DNA of 64,000 bases, taken from a virus. Positions 26,662-40,200 of the stretch are shown piece after piece (the stretch's first letter is position 1; every line of letters begins with the position of its first letter). Both the position numbers and the translations under genes were made by a program. Location of the stretch: the IMG/VR virus record IMGVR_UViG_3300020421_000003, one strand, 5' to 3'. The notes under the pieces are model-generated. The model worked only from the letters and a program-made list of their open reading frames with translations. It made no database searches and was not told the DNA's origin.

Positions 26662-28254
26662 TTAGGTGCCATCGAAGGTTTGTGCCGTAGAGTCAAGAGT
26701 GCTCTGCGTGCTATCGAATCTATTATCGGTAGATCCGCTTCCACCGCCAGATCCAGTAACAGTCAATACTGCTGCATTGGAATCAAGTGGTGAGTTTTCT
26801 GCCTGCTGTGATACTCCAAGAGGACCGACGATACGACAACGGAATCTGTATCCCGTCATGTATGCAAGGGTGCTGAGTGTATAGGAGTTTGTAGTTGCTC
26901 CTGTAATAGCAGCGAATGCAAAACCACCGTCTGTGGAGCGATACCACTGATAAGCAATAGGTCCGTCTTCTGGACTGATCGCTGCCTGGACAGAGAATGT
27001 TGCTGTTTCTCCTGGGTTTGCCGTAGCATTCTGAGGTTGTGATGTAAATACCAGAGTTGGAAGTACTGGTGGTCCACCATCACCACCGCCACCACTGGGT
27101 GGAGCAACAGGTGCTTGTAATGTAAAGTTTGTATTGATAGTCTCCCTAGTGGAAGATCCAATCATGTATGGAAACTCAGGATGATCAATATCATCTGGGT
27201 CTACAGATAAGAAATATGCATAGGTGCCACCCTGGAATTCTGGAGTAATGCAAAATCTACCATTATGAAGGTCTAGGTCACCCGTTGCCTCAACATACTC
27301 CCAGTCCTGCACCAGAGCGCCTGCAGGGGGGTTTGCGATGGTGTTACCATAGTCAGGTCTACCTGCTGCCTCAACTGATAAAGTTGAATAGGAAGACTGC
27401 ATAATTCTGGGAGTAGTCAGATTGTCCCATGGAGATGAATATGCATAAGGTCCATAGATGGGGAATCCATCAAACGCAATACCAACGATCTTAGAATGAC
27501 CGTCAGGATGTCTCAGGTTGTCACCGTTATATTGTGTGCTTCCATAATAATCGTTGTATCCTGCCATCGAGGACCCTGCTCGCCAGCAATCTAAGAAGTG
27601 TGTATCGTGATAATGATACTGACCACTTTGCTCAGGATGTCCACCACATTCATCATCACCAAAATCTACAGGAGATTGTGGATAGTGGGCATTCCAACTG
27701 AATCCTACTGGGGGGTTTCCACCAGCGCCAGCAGAAGGGTTAAACAAAGCAACGCCATTAGCGGCAATACCAATAGTGCCAAGGGGAGTTGCGCTTCGAC
27801 CATTTCGTTGATCATAATACTCATAGGTGCCGCTAGTTAGAGACTCTTGGTCTCTCATAATAAGGTCAAGTCTATCGGATGATGCTAACCAACACTCATC
27901 TTCGATGGAGGTAAAAGTAGTGCCCTTATAAAGGAATACTCTTTTAATACCATCACTGAAGGTAAACATAAGTCTGTCACCCACCTGAATCTCATTGTTA
28001 AACAATGAGTTATCATTACCAGAAATGACTATAGACCTAATGAATCCGTCTTGATTCCAAGCGTTAGTGTCGAATGTGCGACTAATACCAAAGGACCCAC
28101 CACGGTAAGTAAAAGCATGATCGAAATCTTGCTCCGTTACTGTGTTTGGGTTGTTGGCATTAGGAAACGTGCCAAACCCTACAGGAGACGGAAGACCGTC
28201 CGCCTCTACTGTAAGAATGTCAGTGGCATCGTTATAACTTGCGGTTGCCCCCAT
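26662..28254 (-). CDS. YHYH-domain protein with a C-terminal Ig-like domain
   Basis: GTIGIAANGV.LFNP, D.CGGHP...QYHYH, HS.IVG.AFDGFPIYGPY, DLD.HNGRFC.TPE...GTYAY; Ig I-set-like QPQN.T...G..ATF.V...YQWY. Confidence 0.88.
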   Translation of the reverse strand: MGATASYNDATDILTVEADGLPSPVGFGTFPNANNPNTVTEQDFDHAFTYRGGSFGISRTFDTNAWNQDGFIRSIVISGNDNSLFNNEIQVGDRLMFTFSDGIKRVFLYKGTTFTSIEDECWLASSDRLDLIMRDQESLTSGTYEYYDQRNGRSATPLGTIGIAANGVALFNPSAGAGGNPPVGFSWNAHYPQSPVDFGDDECGGHPEQSGQYHYHDTHFLDCWRAGSSMAGYNDYYGSTQYNGDNLRHPDGHSKIVGIAFDGFPIYGPYAYSSPWDNLTTPRIMQSSYSTLSVEAAGRPDYGNTIANPPAGALVQDWEYVEATGDLDLHNGRFCITPEFQGGTYAYFLSVDPDDIDHPEFPYMIGSSTRETINTNFTLQAPVAPPSGGGGDGGPPVLPTLVFTSQPQNATANPGETATFSVQAAISPEDGPIAYQWYRSTDGGFAFAAITGATTNSYTLSTLAYMTGYRFRCRIVGPLGVSQQAENSPLDSNAAVLTVTGSGGGSGSTDNRFDSTQSTLDSTAQTFDGT

Positions 28255-28268
28255 GGTTTTACTTTTAT

Positions 28269-31200
28269 TTAGATGTCGTCGAAGATTTGATCTGGAGTGA
28301 AGTTACTGATCACAGTAGCACCAGTCTGGACCGTGAGGATAGCAGACAGTGAGTAGACAGGTGTAGCACCTGCAGCAGTGATTGCAACTCTGTATTCGTC
28401 ACCATCGTCTGCCTGAGCGGCATCGTTGGTGTTGTATGTTGACTGGTTAGCACCGATGATGTTACTCCAGGTCTGAGTGCCGTATTCCTTCTTCTGCCAC
28501 TGGTAGTTGAGTTGCTGACCGTTGGTGACGGTAGCAGCAACCGTGAAGGATGCAGTCTGACCTTGGTTAACTGTTACGTTGACAGGATCTTGAGAGATCG
28601 CAATCGCGCCAGGATCGATTGTATTTGTTTCACCGTCGATTGCCTCGTCAGCGTTGTAGATATCTCTACCACCGTTAACAGGCGTGCCTGAAGGATTAAC
28701 AAAGTCATCTGGGACCTCGCTATCGATAGCAACGATTGGTTGCAGGTAAGAAGTGCCAGGGGTCTTCACGTCAATGCGTGTGATACCCATGAGTGCCTTG
28801 ATGCGACCATCGAAACCAGAGGATGAAATCACGTCCACGTTGGGGCGTGAGGTGTAACCATCACCAGAGTTGGTGAGAATTGCAGTCTCCAACTGACCAG
28901 AGCGGATCTGGGCAAGTGCAGCAGCGTTACGACCCTTAACGGATCCTGTGTATTCAAAGGTGATCAGTGAGTTGGAAGATTCGATCAGAGCAACGTCACG
29001 AGCGAATTCTTCACCATCAATCTCAAGTTTGTCACCTGCTTCCACAGGTGGCACAACGGTTGCAGCGATCACGTCAGTGTCAGATCCAATGTAGGAGAAT
29101 CCAACAAAGGTTGATCCTGCGCGAGGCACTTCAGCGAAGATGATTCTAGATCCGACGATCTCGTATGCGACGCCAGGTTCTTGAATAATACCGTTGAGTG
29201 AAACGATGATGTTGTTTTCTGGGCGAATCACGTTAGACGAAACACCCTCAGTCAGAGTCAGCGAGTAGAAGAGACCTTCACGTCTGAGGTTGAAGGACGA
29301 GCGCAAGGAGTCAAACTCGAAGCTGATATCGTCCATCTGACGGAGTTTACCAACGTAGTAACCAACGAATTCAGATCCAATGTCAGGTGCCTCAGAGAAG
29401 TTAATCTTGTCGGAGAATGCGACATAGGAGTTGTTACCACCAGGAGGTTGCAGGATGCCATTGACGAAGATGAGCATGTGACCAGCGGGATCTGGGAAGT
29501 ATGCTTCACCATTGCTGATCGTGATATCAAACTGTGTTTGACTACCGTCGAAACCACGGAAGTAACGATCAACACGACCCTCAAGTGTGCGTGCGCTGGA
29601 GACTGCACCACCCCAACCGTAGTCAGAGGCGACGGTCATGTTGTTAAGGAAATCGCCCTTAACATTTTCCAACCAGACGGTTGCTGTGATACCCTGCTGA
29701 TTGATAGCAGCCACGCGCCCGTAAGAGTTGTATGCAGTGTCAGTGTAGGAAACAACGTTAGCGTAGATGCTTGGGAAGTTAGATCCAAGATCAAGTTTAC
29801 CGATGTTATTAGCACCTGTAATGACATCAGAGATGTCAGTGCCTGTGCCCACAGGGACCAAGTTACCGATAAACAAGCGATGGATGCCATAGTTTGGATC
29901 GGTAGGATCTGCGTTGACCCCGTTGATATATTCTGTGACCGTGGCACGGAAACCAGGATCCTTCAGTGTGGTGCCCTGCAGGAGGACGATCTCATCACCC
30001 ACTCGGAATGTATCAGAAACGCCCGTGTCAACGATTGCAGTGCCAAGCTCCAACTGATAGATGTTGGTGCCGTGGATATACTGGTTAAGTTGAATCTGTG
30101 TGCCCGAGAGACCCTTAATTTCGAGGATGTAGTCAGTGACGCTACCGTAGATGATATCGCCAGCATCCCATGCATCTCCGATGGTTTCAACGTCAATCGT
30201 AATACGACCACCGTCATTACCCGTAAGGGATCCAGACTTATTGAGGTATCCGTTAGCGTATGCCTCAACAGCAGAATTCTTATCAAACAACCAATCGCCT
30301 TGTGCGAATGATCCTTTCTCGACGTTAATCAACATGCGAGAATCGAAGGAAACAACATCAGCAGTTGTGCCGCTGTCATCACCAACCAGGGTATCGCCTA
30401 CGCTAATAACGCCTGCGACAGAAACCAAGTTGACGAAGTTTAGACCGTTTGAATCAGTTGTGCCAGTCTGTAGACATTGACCATTGATTACTGGGTTTCC
30501 ATTGACTCTAATAACTTCACCGTTGATGAAGTTTTCATAGACGCCAAGATTTGTGCTGACGTTATTCAACTCGAAACGAGTGTAGAGTCTATTGATCTCT
30601 GCTTGGTTGAGCGAGACGCTACCAATTTCAGAAGAGGATTCCGAAGTGGTGCCGTAGATAACATCTGCGGGGTTGAATCCACCCTGGATAGGAGTCTGTG
30701 AAGGATCTTCTGGGAAGAGAGGAGTAGACCTATTGATACCACTACGTCTGACGACGGAGAAGATCTGCTGACCAGTGTTGGCAGTGTTAACTTCAACTCT
30801 TCTAAATCTACCATCGTGGATGTAGTGAGCACCAACCTCAAACCACTGAGGAGTTGCAGTCATCACATACCAGTAAGTTTGATTAGTAAATGCTGCGACT
30901 GAAGTCTCAGATGCTGGGATATACTGGAGGATGTCACCACGACGGAAGGAGTTAACGCGGTTAATTCTGACTCTATATTCAGCGCGGTCGAAACCAACGG
31001 GGACGATAGGAGTAAGAGTAACCAAAGCAGGATCGGTGTTGTAATCGAATCCTAACTCATACTTGGTATTGATGTTAACTGCATCGCTACTTGGGACCCA
31101 AGTAACGCTACCTTCTGTTGGGAAGTTAGATGTTTCTAGTGAATACTCAATACAGTTGATTGAGGAGTCAATGATAAATTCAGATGCCTCACGGTTGTAA

Positions 31201-34200
31201 TCCAAGCGACCATTGATACCTAACTGATAGGTATTGTAGGTTGCCCAACCAGGATCTTCAGTCAACTGATACAAGACAGACTTGACATACTCACGCACGC
31301 GAGTGTTTGCGTAAATCAAGTGTGTGCGAGACACATCTTGGAATGCAATGAAGTTGCCCTCACCGTCAAACCAGTTTTGGACCAGTCTAAATGCACCTGC
31401 GTTACCACCAGTAACCATGTCATATCTGACTGCCTTGAGGATGTCAGCACAGAAGTCCACTGTCATTTCAGTGGTGCCATAGTAAGTCACAGTCTCATCG
31501 AATGCTCTTTGTGCGATAGCATCCTGGTTAAAGAGCAGCATGTTGGCAATTGTCTTGTCGGAGTTTAATCCACCGCCAAGAGTGTCCACCATGATGTCAA
31601 ACAGGGTGTCGATTGCGGACTGTGGTCCTTCACATGTGCCTGCCTGATAGCTGCTATTTACGTTAGCGTCAAGTCTAGTCGTCCTGAGAATAGTATCTAA
31701 CTTGTTAACATTACTATTTGCTGCCTCTTCGATTGTATCGATATAGATCTCAAGGAGTGTATCGATAGCAGAAGCAACTTCAGCACAAGTCTGATTCCAT
31801 TCAGCAGCAGAGTTGTTGTAAGTAACAGTCACATCTCTAACCGCAATATCAGGCGTATATTTAATAGGCCATATGCTAGGTAGAGTGCTAGTGCGGTTTG
31901 CAACGTTACTAGGATTGCTGATCGCGTCTGTAACCAGTGCCATCAAAGTATCAATCTCGGTTGCAACAGCATCAGACTCACTACCTGTGTAGGTAGGATC
32001 AACCAGACGTGATCTGTAGTATGACATATCACCTGTTGTGTATGCCCATGCTGCTGTAGGCTCGCCTTGTGGGACGGTGCTGTCAGAAGACATTGTGGCA
32101 AAACCACCAGGAGAGCTGCCTGCCAGCAATCCACCTGCCTCATAAAGACCAGTGTTTAATCCAGGGGTATTTGCTGCACCGATTTCGTTGCCATCAATCC
32201 AAAGTTTGACACGACCAGATCCAGCTCCAACAGTGCCACCAATTCTAATCTCCCAAGTGATCTCATGCTCACCACCATCGAAGTAGTCTGACAGACTAGA
32301 AACAGGCACGTCAAGAAGTGCAAGACCAGCGTCAGCAGAAGTGCTTGCACCACCTGCATATGAGTTAGCACCATTACCAGCACGGAGACGGAGGTATGTG
32401 CCGCTGTCTCGGATACCGAGGAATGCTCCAGCACCGTTTCCACCAAGCTCCCATAGGACGCCATCAGAAGGTGTGCCAGCAGGAAGTATTGTTACACAAC
32501 TACCGACCATATCTTCATCATTGGTAATACCAGTTGAAGAAGCAGATCCACTTGCAATGTTGTTTGTGCCGTTAGTAAATATGCGAGTAGCGGTGTTGTT
32601 ATAATTTCCAGCAAGGACGATACCATTATCAACTACTGAATTGCGAAGTACCGTAGTAGGTTTGGGGACTGCCTCAGAGAATGTCTGGACGCCACCGCTA
32701 TATGCTGCAATGTTAGTGATAATCTGACCACGCATTGCACGCTTCACCAGTCTCTTCGCCTCTTCCAGAATCCAATTTACCTCTGTTGCCAGAGATGTAA
32801 CGTGGGCGAGAGATCCACCGTATGTTGTATAGAATTCAGATACCCAGTTGATCCAGTTATCTCCACCATACTTAAGGTTGAAGACCAGTCCTCTGAGGAT
32901 GTCAGTCACGTCATGGACGCAATCGATGCTACCGTTAGCAACAACAGCACCTTCATGTGCATTGACAAAGGTATGAGTATATTGCTCACCTGCAGGAGAT
33001 GCACCAACGTTGATCGTAATCGTATCAGTGGTATGTGCAGTAATTAATCTAGATGTGGTGTATGCAGGATCACCTTTACGGGGGTAGTAGTTGGTAACGT
33101 TGTTACCATCAAGTGTGCATGTAAATCCAATAGAATCAGGTCTAACGGTAACTCTGTTACCTGTAACTAAACCATGACCTGCCATGGTAATGACCATCTC
33201 ACCACTTGATGCAATGTAAGTTGCATCCGATGGGGTGTATTGCTGACCACCGTAAATTCCACCGTTAATACTCAGTGAAGGATACTGTGTTTCACCTGCC
33301 TTAACTGCTTGCTCAGCAATCCAACGAATGTTTGCATCGATAGCATCACCACAATCTGCAAAGATTTGCTCCTTGGGGTTTGCTTCATAGGTGCCTGGAT
33401 CAACGTTGTTAGGATCGTTGCCAGGGATATAATCTCTACCGAAACCATTTCTCATGGTTATGGTTGCAATGTCTCTAACGAGTTTCATGACAGTGACAGT
33501 TGCTTCCCAATCATCTTCGATATGCTTCAGAGAATTATTCTCTGTCTCAACGTAGAGACTTGCAGCATCCCATGTCCTTTCATTACAGTTGTAGTTGAGG
33601 TCATGGATAAGAGCATTAAGGATATCCTTAACGTCATCACTACAGTTAACAGGACCACCCTTGATTTGGAATAGGGCATACTTGGACATGTCATTCATTG
33701 TCTCGACTGCCTCATGTGCAATCAGATCAATGTTTGCCTTAAGAGCGTTGGTAGCATCCTTATAACGATTCCAGTTAGAAACGCTATCCTGAGGATATCC
33801 TTCATCATCGATAATGATGGTATCATCTCTGTATGCGCCACGGGCAGTAAACAGAGGTGTGTGATAATCATCTTGTGCCCATGCTGCGATACCAAAATCA
33901 CTAGCAACCTCACCAGGGGAGAGGAGCAAGTTGTTAGCTGCTTTCTGTGTGAGATACTTGGCATGATGGAATGCGTCAAGCATTGGATTCAACTCATGCT
34001 CAACATGGAGCACATTATTTTGATCATCCAGATACTTATCAACGACTGCTTCCACGTTGTATGTGCCACCCGTGCAAAGGTCAGCAATCACAGCAGGGAG
34101 AATGAATTGCTTAATATCTCTCTCGCAATATGGTTGACCATAACCAGGCATCACCAAGAATTGTGTGACAGTGCCGTTGAGGTCAATCTCATACTTATCG

Positions 34201-37200
34201 AGAATGTATCCAGCAACTTCTTCTGCGATATAGTCGCGGTTTTTCCAGATCAGGACACCACTGTCTCTGAAGATATCAGGATTAGGTGCAAGGACTTCCA
34301 GCACTTCACGACCCAGTTGATCAAACTCATCCTGGATGGATTGAGATGCAGGAGATGCAAAGTTGTTGGGAAGTCTCAATCTGTTTGTATAGGTGCCAGA
34401 CAGATCTGTGTCAGTTGTAGTAATTACATACTTACAAAGGACGAATGCCTGATCCCATGCATACAGAGTTTGCAGAATCTCGTTACCAACGTGCTTCAGT
34501 TTGCCTGATGCCTCAAGGTAAGTACGAGCGGTGTAGAGAGAGTTGTAGTTACCACCGTCTCTCAAGTCCTTGACAAGAGCGCCGATGATGTAGTCTTTAG
34601 TATCCCTGATACACTTGTTGGTGCCACCATAACTACCTTCGGCCACGTTGTTGCCTGGGATGACAAAATCAGGGAATGCTGCTTCCATTCTACCGACTGC
34701 TTCTTCAGCAATCCAGGCAGCGTTAAGGTCGATAATATCAGCACAGTTTCTGTGATCTGATCTACCAAGATCAACGTTTTCAATGATTGCAAAGTTTTGA
34801 TCGTAGTTAAGTTCCTTGACAGCAGCAGAGGAGATACGCTGACCAGTGTAGATAGCATATGTTTCCTGATTATCAATGACGAATGGTTGCTCACCATCAA
34901 GACCAAACTTGACATACTGGTTAGAGTAGTCGATCTGGGTGGGAGGCACGAATGCAGTATTGAAGTCGGACTCTCCATTCTTAACAACCACGTTGTCCAT
35001 ATAACCGCCAAACTGGTTGGCAGCGTTAAAGTCAGCACCGATGTAGATGGCAGCGTAACCGTAGTCATTGGTATCAGCGTAGTTACCACCAACCTGCACG
35101 CCATCGACATAGAGTTGCAAGACGCTAGTAGTCCTGACAACTGCAATGTGATGCCAGTTGTTAGCAAGCAGCGTGCCACCAGTCAGCAGTTGAGACGTGC
35201 CGTTATAGACAGTGATTGCACCATTGGTTTGGAGAGTAATTCTCAAACCAGAGGCAGCAGACAGACGACGGAAGTCGAATAGATGCTGTGTGGTGAGAAG
35301 GTTATCTGCTCTAATCCACGCTTGGACGGTAAAGTCTGCAGTGTTACCGAAGGAGAAGTCGTAACTATCTCTAGTAACCAGATATCCGTTAGATGGGAAT
35401 TTGATAGACTTCTTACCGCTAAGTCTCTTGTATTTCTGGACAACACTTAGAGAAACGCCGTTTTGGTTAGAAGTGGTGGAGTTGGTAAGATACTCACCAT
35501 CCTGGAATGATCCAGTAACGGCATCAGCAAAGATCCATTTCAGACCAGAGTTAGATCCGATTGCTTCAAAGTTTGCACCGCTAGTAACACCAGTAATAGT
35601 GTCTCCAACAATAAACAAACCACCCGCACGATCCTTGTATGCAATCTTCGTTGTGCGAATATTTTCGTTAGCAACGAATGTGCCATCGGTGATGCTCGCG
35701 AGAGCGTTAATATTATTGAGGTTTTGTGCTGCAATCGCAGTCGTAGAGATGTCTACGAGCGTAGCGATATATGCCTGGACGTTAGCACAATTCTGGATTG
35801 TTTCATTTCGGCCTGAGTAGTAATTGGGGTCGAAATACTTGGCAGTTGTGCCACCGCCAGTGAAGACTGCATTATCCAGTGCCTTGACGAATGTATGGGT
35901 ATATCCACCACCGCTACTAACTGCATTAGCAGAAGCACCAGCCCATGTGTGAGCATACTGTTGACCCTCAGGAGAGTTACCAACGTTAACCGTGATGGTT
36001 GTTGCGGTAACACCATGGATAAACAGACGACGACCAGCAGCAGGGTCACTTGCTCTAGGATATGTCTGGGCAGCGACGTTACCATCAGAATCACATGTGA
36101 ATGATATCGAGTCGGTAGCAATACTTACATAGTCATTAAGCTCAAGACTATGTGCTCCGATGGTCAATGTCATATCACCCGTTGCTGGGTCATAGGTGCC
36201 ACCAGTTGGGGTGTATTGGACTAGAGGAGATGCGCCAACGTTGACTGTGATTGTAGTGCCAGTCTCAGCACTAATAGCAAGAGGAGTGTTGAATGCAGGA
36301 TCTCCAGCACGAGGATAGTCGTGGAAGGATGCATCGTTATCAGAATCACAAGTAAACTTCAGAGAGTGTGGACGGATCGTAACGGTATCCGAAGTTGTCA
36401 GTGAGTGAGTGCCAATGGTAAGGACCATTTGACCATTTGAAGGTGTGTAGACTGCAGAAGACACGTCGAATTCTTGCAGATCATCTTCACCACCACTGTA
36501 GGATCCCTGATATGTTGTAGGATCTTTCAGCATGAATCCAGTGACAGAAGTCCTGGAATTGACTTGATAATAGAGAAGGTTGTTGATTGCCTGGAAGGAC
36601 AAGTGCATTGCCTTATCGATAGCAGTCAGAGATTCTGCATACTCACCGATTAGACCGTTAGCAATAGGTGCTCCAGCAGCATCGAAATACTTCTTAGTGA
36701 ATTCGATGATGTTGTAGTTGCCACCCTGAGAAACGTCTTCTGCCAAGGCATCGATCATCAGACCGATGTCACGACGACACTTGATTTGACCAGGAGAATA
36801 GGTGCCTTTCGACTCATCAGGAAGGTCAACCAGCGTGCCATTCAGCAGAGTTTCATCAACCACATCATAGAGAGTGGTGATTGCTGCTTGGACATCACTG
36901 CAGTTGTCAGTGCCATTGTTGGACTGGTTAGCACCGTTAGTGCCGTATGGATCGTTAGGTGATGGATCGGGATTGATACCGTTGCCATCATAACCACCAT
37001 GATCTATCTCGCTCCAAGGGACGTAGGTGATACCATCATTAGGTTGACCAGCAGGCACCGTGAAACTAGAAGTCAGATTGTTGACGATTGCCAACTTCAT
37101 CATGTCTTTTGCTTTTTCAAATCCATAACGAGTCTCAGCAGACTCATTGTTGACATACACAAAGTTGCCATTTACATCAAAGTATTTCTGGCAGAGTTTA

Positions 37201-40200
37201 CGAGTATATTGGTTACCACCACGGAAAATGTCAATGGAGATAGCATCGATATACAACTCAAGGTCACGGATACACTTATTAGGATCAGGCACAGTAAGTG
37301 ACGTATATTGCGTCATCATCTCATCGTATGCCTTATTAGCAATGTAAGACTTATTCTTTTGAATCAGACGATATGCATCAGAGTATCTGCTCCAGGAGTT
37401 AGTGATAACATCACCAGGGAAGTAGAATCTAGGGTGCTTAACAGCAATTTCTGCTTCAGCAAAATCAACGATTTGATCTTTGTTGCCAAGGATCATTGCC
37501 GAAGCATCTTTGAATCTGTTGGTAGCAACACCATGGAAAACAGAGGTTGGATTACCGTAGTTTGCTCTGTTGTTGATAACAATATCACCTTCATCGAAGG
37601 TGCCACCAGACAACTGAGTGTATTCAACTTCAGTATTTCTAACTTCTTCAAAGTCGAGGAAGTCAGCATTAATTCTGTTAGCAGTATTGTAAAGCTCAGT
37701 AGGTGTAATAGAAGATTGTGAAATGTTATCGATGATAACGTTAGGATTAGTAATACTAACCAGACGCTCAAACAGCAGACCGTAGAATGTAGATCCTGGG
37801 TTGATAATCAACTCATCAACAGCATCCTGGGTGGCAGGATCAATATAAGGTGAGATGTATGTAATTTGACCAGCAATCTTAGATGATGCTGAGTAAACAA
37901 ACTCATTAAGTCTCAGATCAAAGATACCAGTTTCAAACTGTGCAGTACCTGAGGTCTTACTAACCACGATAGCGTCAGTGACATTGCCATCGGGATCAAT
38001 ATTAGTTTCTTCAATAATAGCAGTGTCGCCTTCAAGGTTAGTGATAGACTCACCAAACTGGAAGATCGTTTCGCTATTCAATAGAGTAACACTCTGGACA
38101 AGTCCTGAGAAGAGGGTGCCACGAGTGATCTCCTCATTCAGGTTGAATGATCCACCAACCAAGTTGATAACATCAATAGTAGTCGTGCCAGAATCGATAA
38201 CAGTAGCAACAACGTCACTATCTGCACCTTGGACTTGCTGACCTATCGTTGGGAAGATTCCGAAGTTTGGTGGACCTGCCTGACCAGAATACAATTGAAT
38301 TCTGTAAATTGGTGTAGGAGTAACCTCCAGAGATCTATAGTTAACTCTAGATGCTGGTTTTGGTGCCTCACCAAATACGATCTGTCCACCAACGATGGAG
38401 TAAGAAACGCCAGGTGCCTGAATCACACCGTTGATAGTAATCAGCAGTTGATTCTGTTGGACGATAACTTGCTCACCTTCTACAGTAAGTGGGAATTGCT
38501 TATCAATACCGTTAAACTGAGGTGAAATATCATCAAGTTTCTTCACGATAGAGGTCAAGATTTCCTCAGAGGAAGTCAGACGCTTTTTACGGAAGAGGAC
38601 TTCAGTATTGTTGTAATCGGTGTAAATTGGTTGTGCTGCACCGAAAGATGTGATCTGGTTGACGTTGGAGTAGTTATTGATGTTAACTTCCTTCGTAAAC
38701 TCAGTGCCGACCTTTCTGCCCGAAACATCCTTACCACCAACGATCTGCAACTGTCCAAACATGTTGAAACCAGCAGGGTGGTTGTTTTCAAGGATTTGAG
38801 TCTTCCATTTGGTAATGGGGATCTCAGACTTAACAACGTAAGAGAAGTTTTGATAGAAGAAGGAATCTTGGATTTTTTGGACGATTTCGGATGGTTTACC
38901 AACATTATCGATAAACTTACCAGGAGTCTTAGTCAAAGATCCAATATTCAAGACACCACGAGCAATACTCATGTTATCGATAACACCAGATGCTTTGGAG
39001 ATGGATCCAGTGACTTTTTCGCCCATTTTCCAATCACCGTCGTAATCGACGATCTTGAGGATCTTAGGACCGATTTGCCAACCAGTATTGGTAGAAACCT
39101 TACCAGTTGCACTTGCAAGCTCAACTGCACTACCCTGGAAGACTTCTTCGCCTTCAAGGAAGCGAGATGTCTCAACAACTGCTTCTGCTTTACCACCGAA
39201 GACTTCGGTGAGCAATACTTGACGACCACTACCCTGAGTCAAGAATGTGATGTAATCACCTGCTTGTGCTGACTGTAGAGTCAATCCAAAGCGGATTTGG
39301 TCGGATTCCAGTGAATTTGCCTGACCAGCGATTGCATAGTAGATCTGACCAGCAATCAATGAAGTCAAACCTGCGCTGGATGGTTTGGGAAGGATACCTT
39401 CAGTGCTACCAACATCTTCAGCACGGAATTGGATTTCTGCACCAGTTGTGATGCCGTGAGGGAAGTTAAACTGCAGATAGTTGAGGTCAAGGTTAACAAC
39501 GTAGTTAAACTCAGACTTCAGCGTGACGATGGGCTCAGAAGAGTAACCAGCACCAGGATTCTTGATAATAATCTCATTGAGTCGGTTATTCTTAATAACA
39601 GCAACTGCATCAGCACCTTGACCGCCACCACCTTCAATAACAACTGCAGGAGTTGATGTATAACCAGCACCAGGATCTGTGATCTTGATCTCGGAAAGAA
39701 TCGACGTATTGAAGAGTTGGAGGTTAACAGGGAAGGTGATTTCGGGTTTCAGGGTGTAATCATGTGAATATCCGAAACCAAACTCATTATTCTTGAGTCT
39801 CTTAATCTTACCAATGTTTCTACCTGTCAAGAAGACAGATGCACCACTACCTTCGCTAGGAATGATAACATTTACAGCGCCACCAGATCCAGACAGTGTG
39901 GGACCAAGGATACCAGTAATAGCGTCAATATCTACAGTAGCAACGGTATAACCCTTACCAGGATCTGCAACATTGACTTCAGCGATTGCACCAGACCCAG
40001 TTTCATCATCTAGAAGGACTGTGACGGTAACTTTACCACCTTCGCCGTCTCCATTAACAGGAACGTCGTAGTAGACGCCAGGTGCGTATTCTGTGCCGCC
40101 ATCAACGATCTCGACCTTCTCAATTTGACGGAAGGATGCAATATCGGAGATGATGGGCAGTTTCTTATAGAATCCACCAGGAGAAACCAGTTTGATGCTA

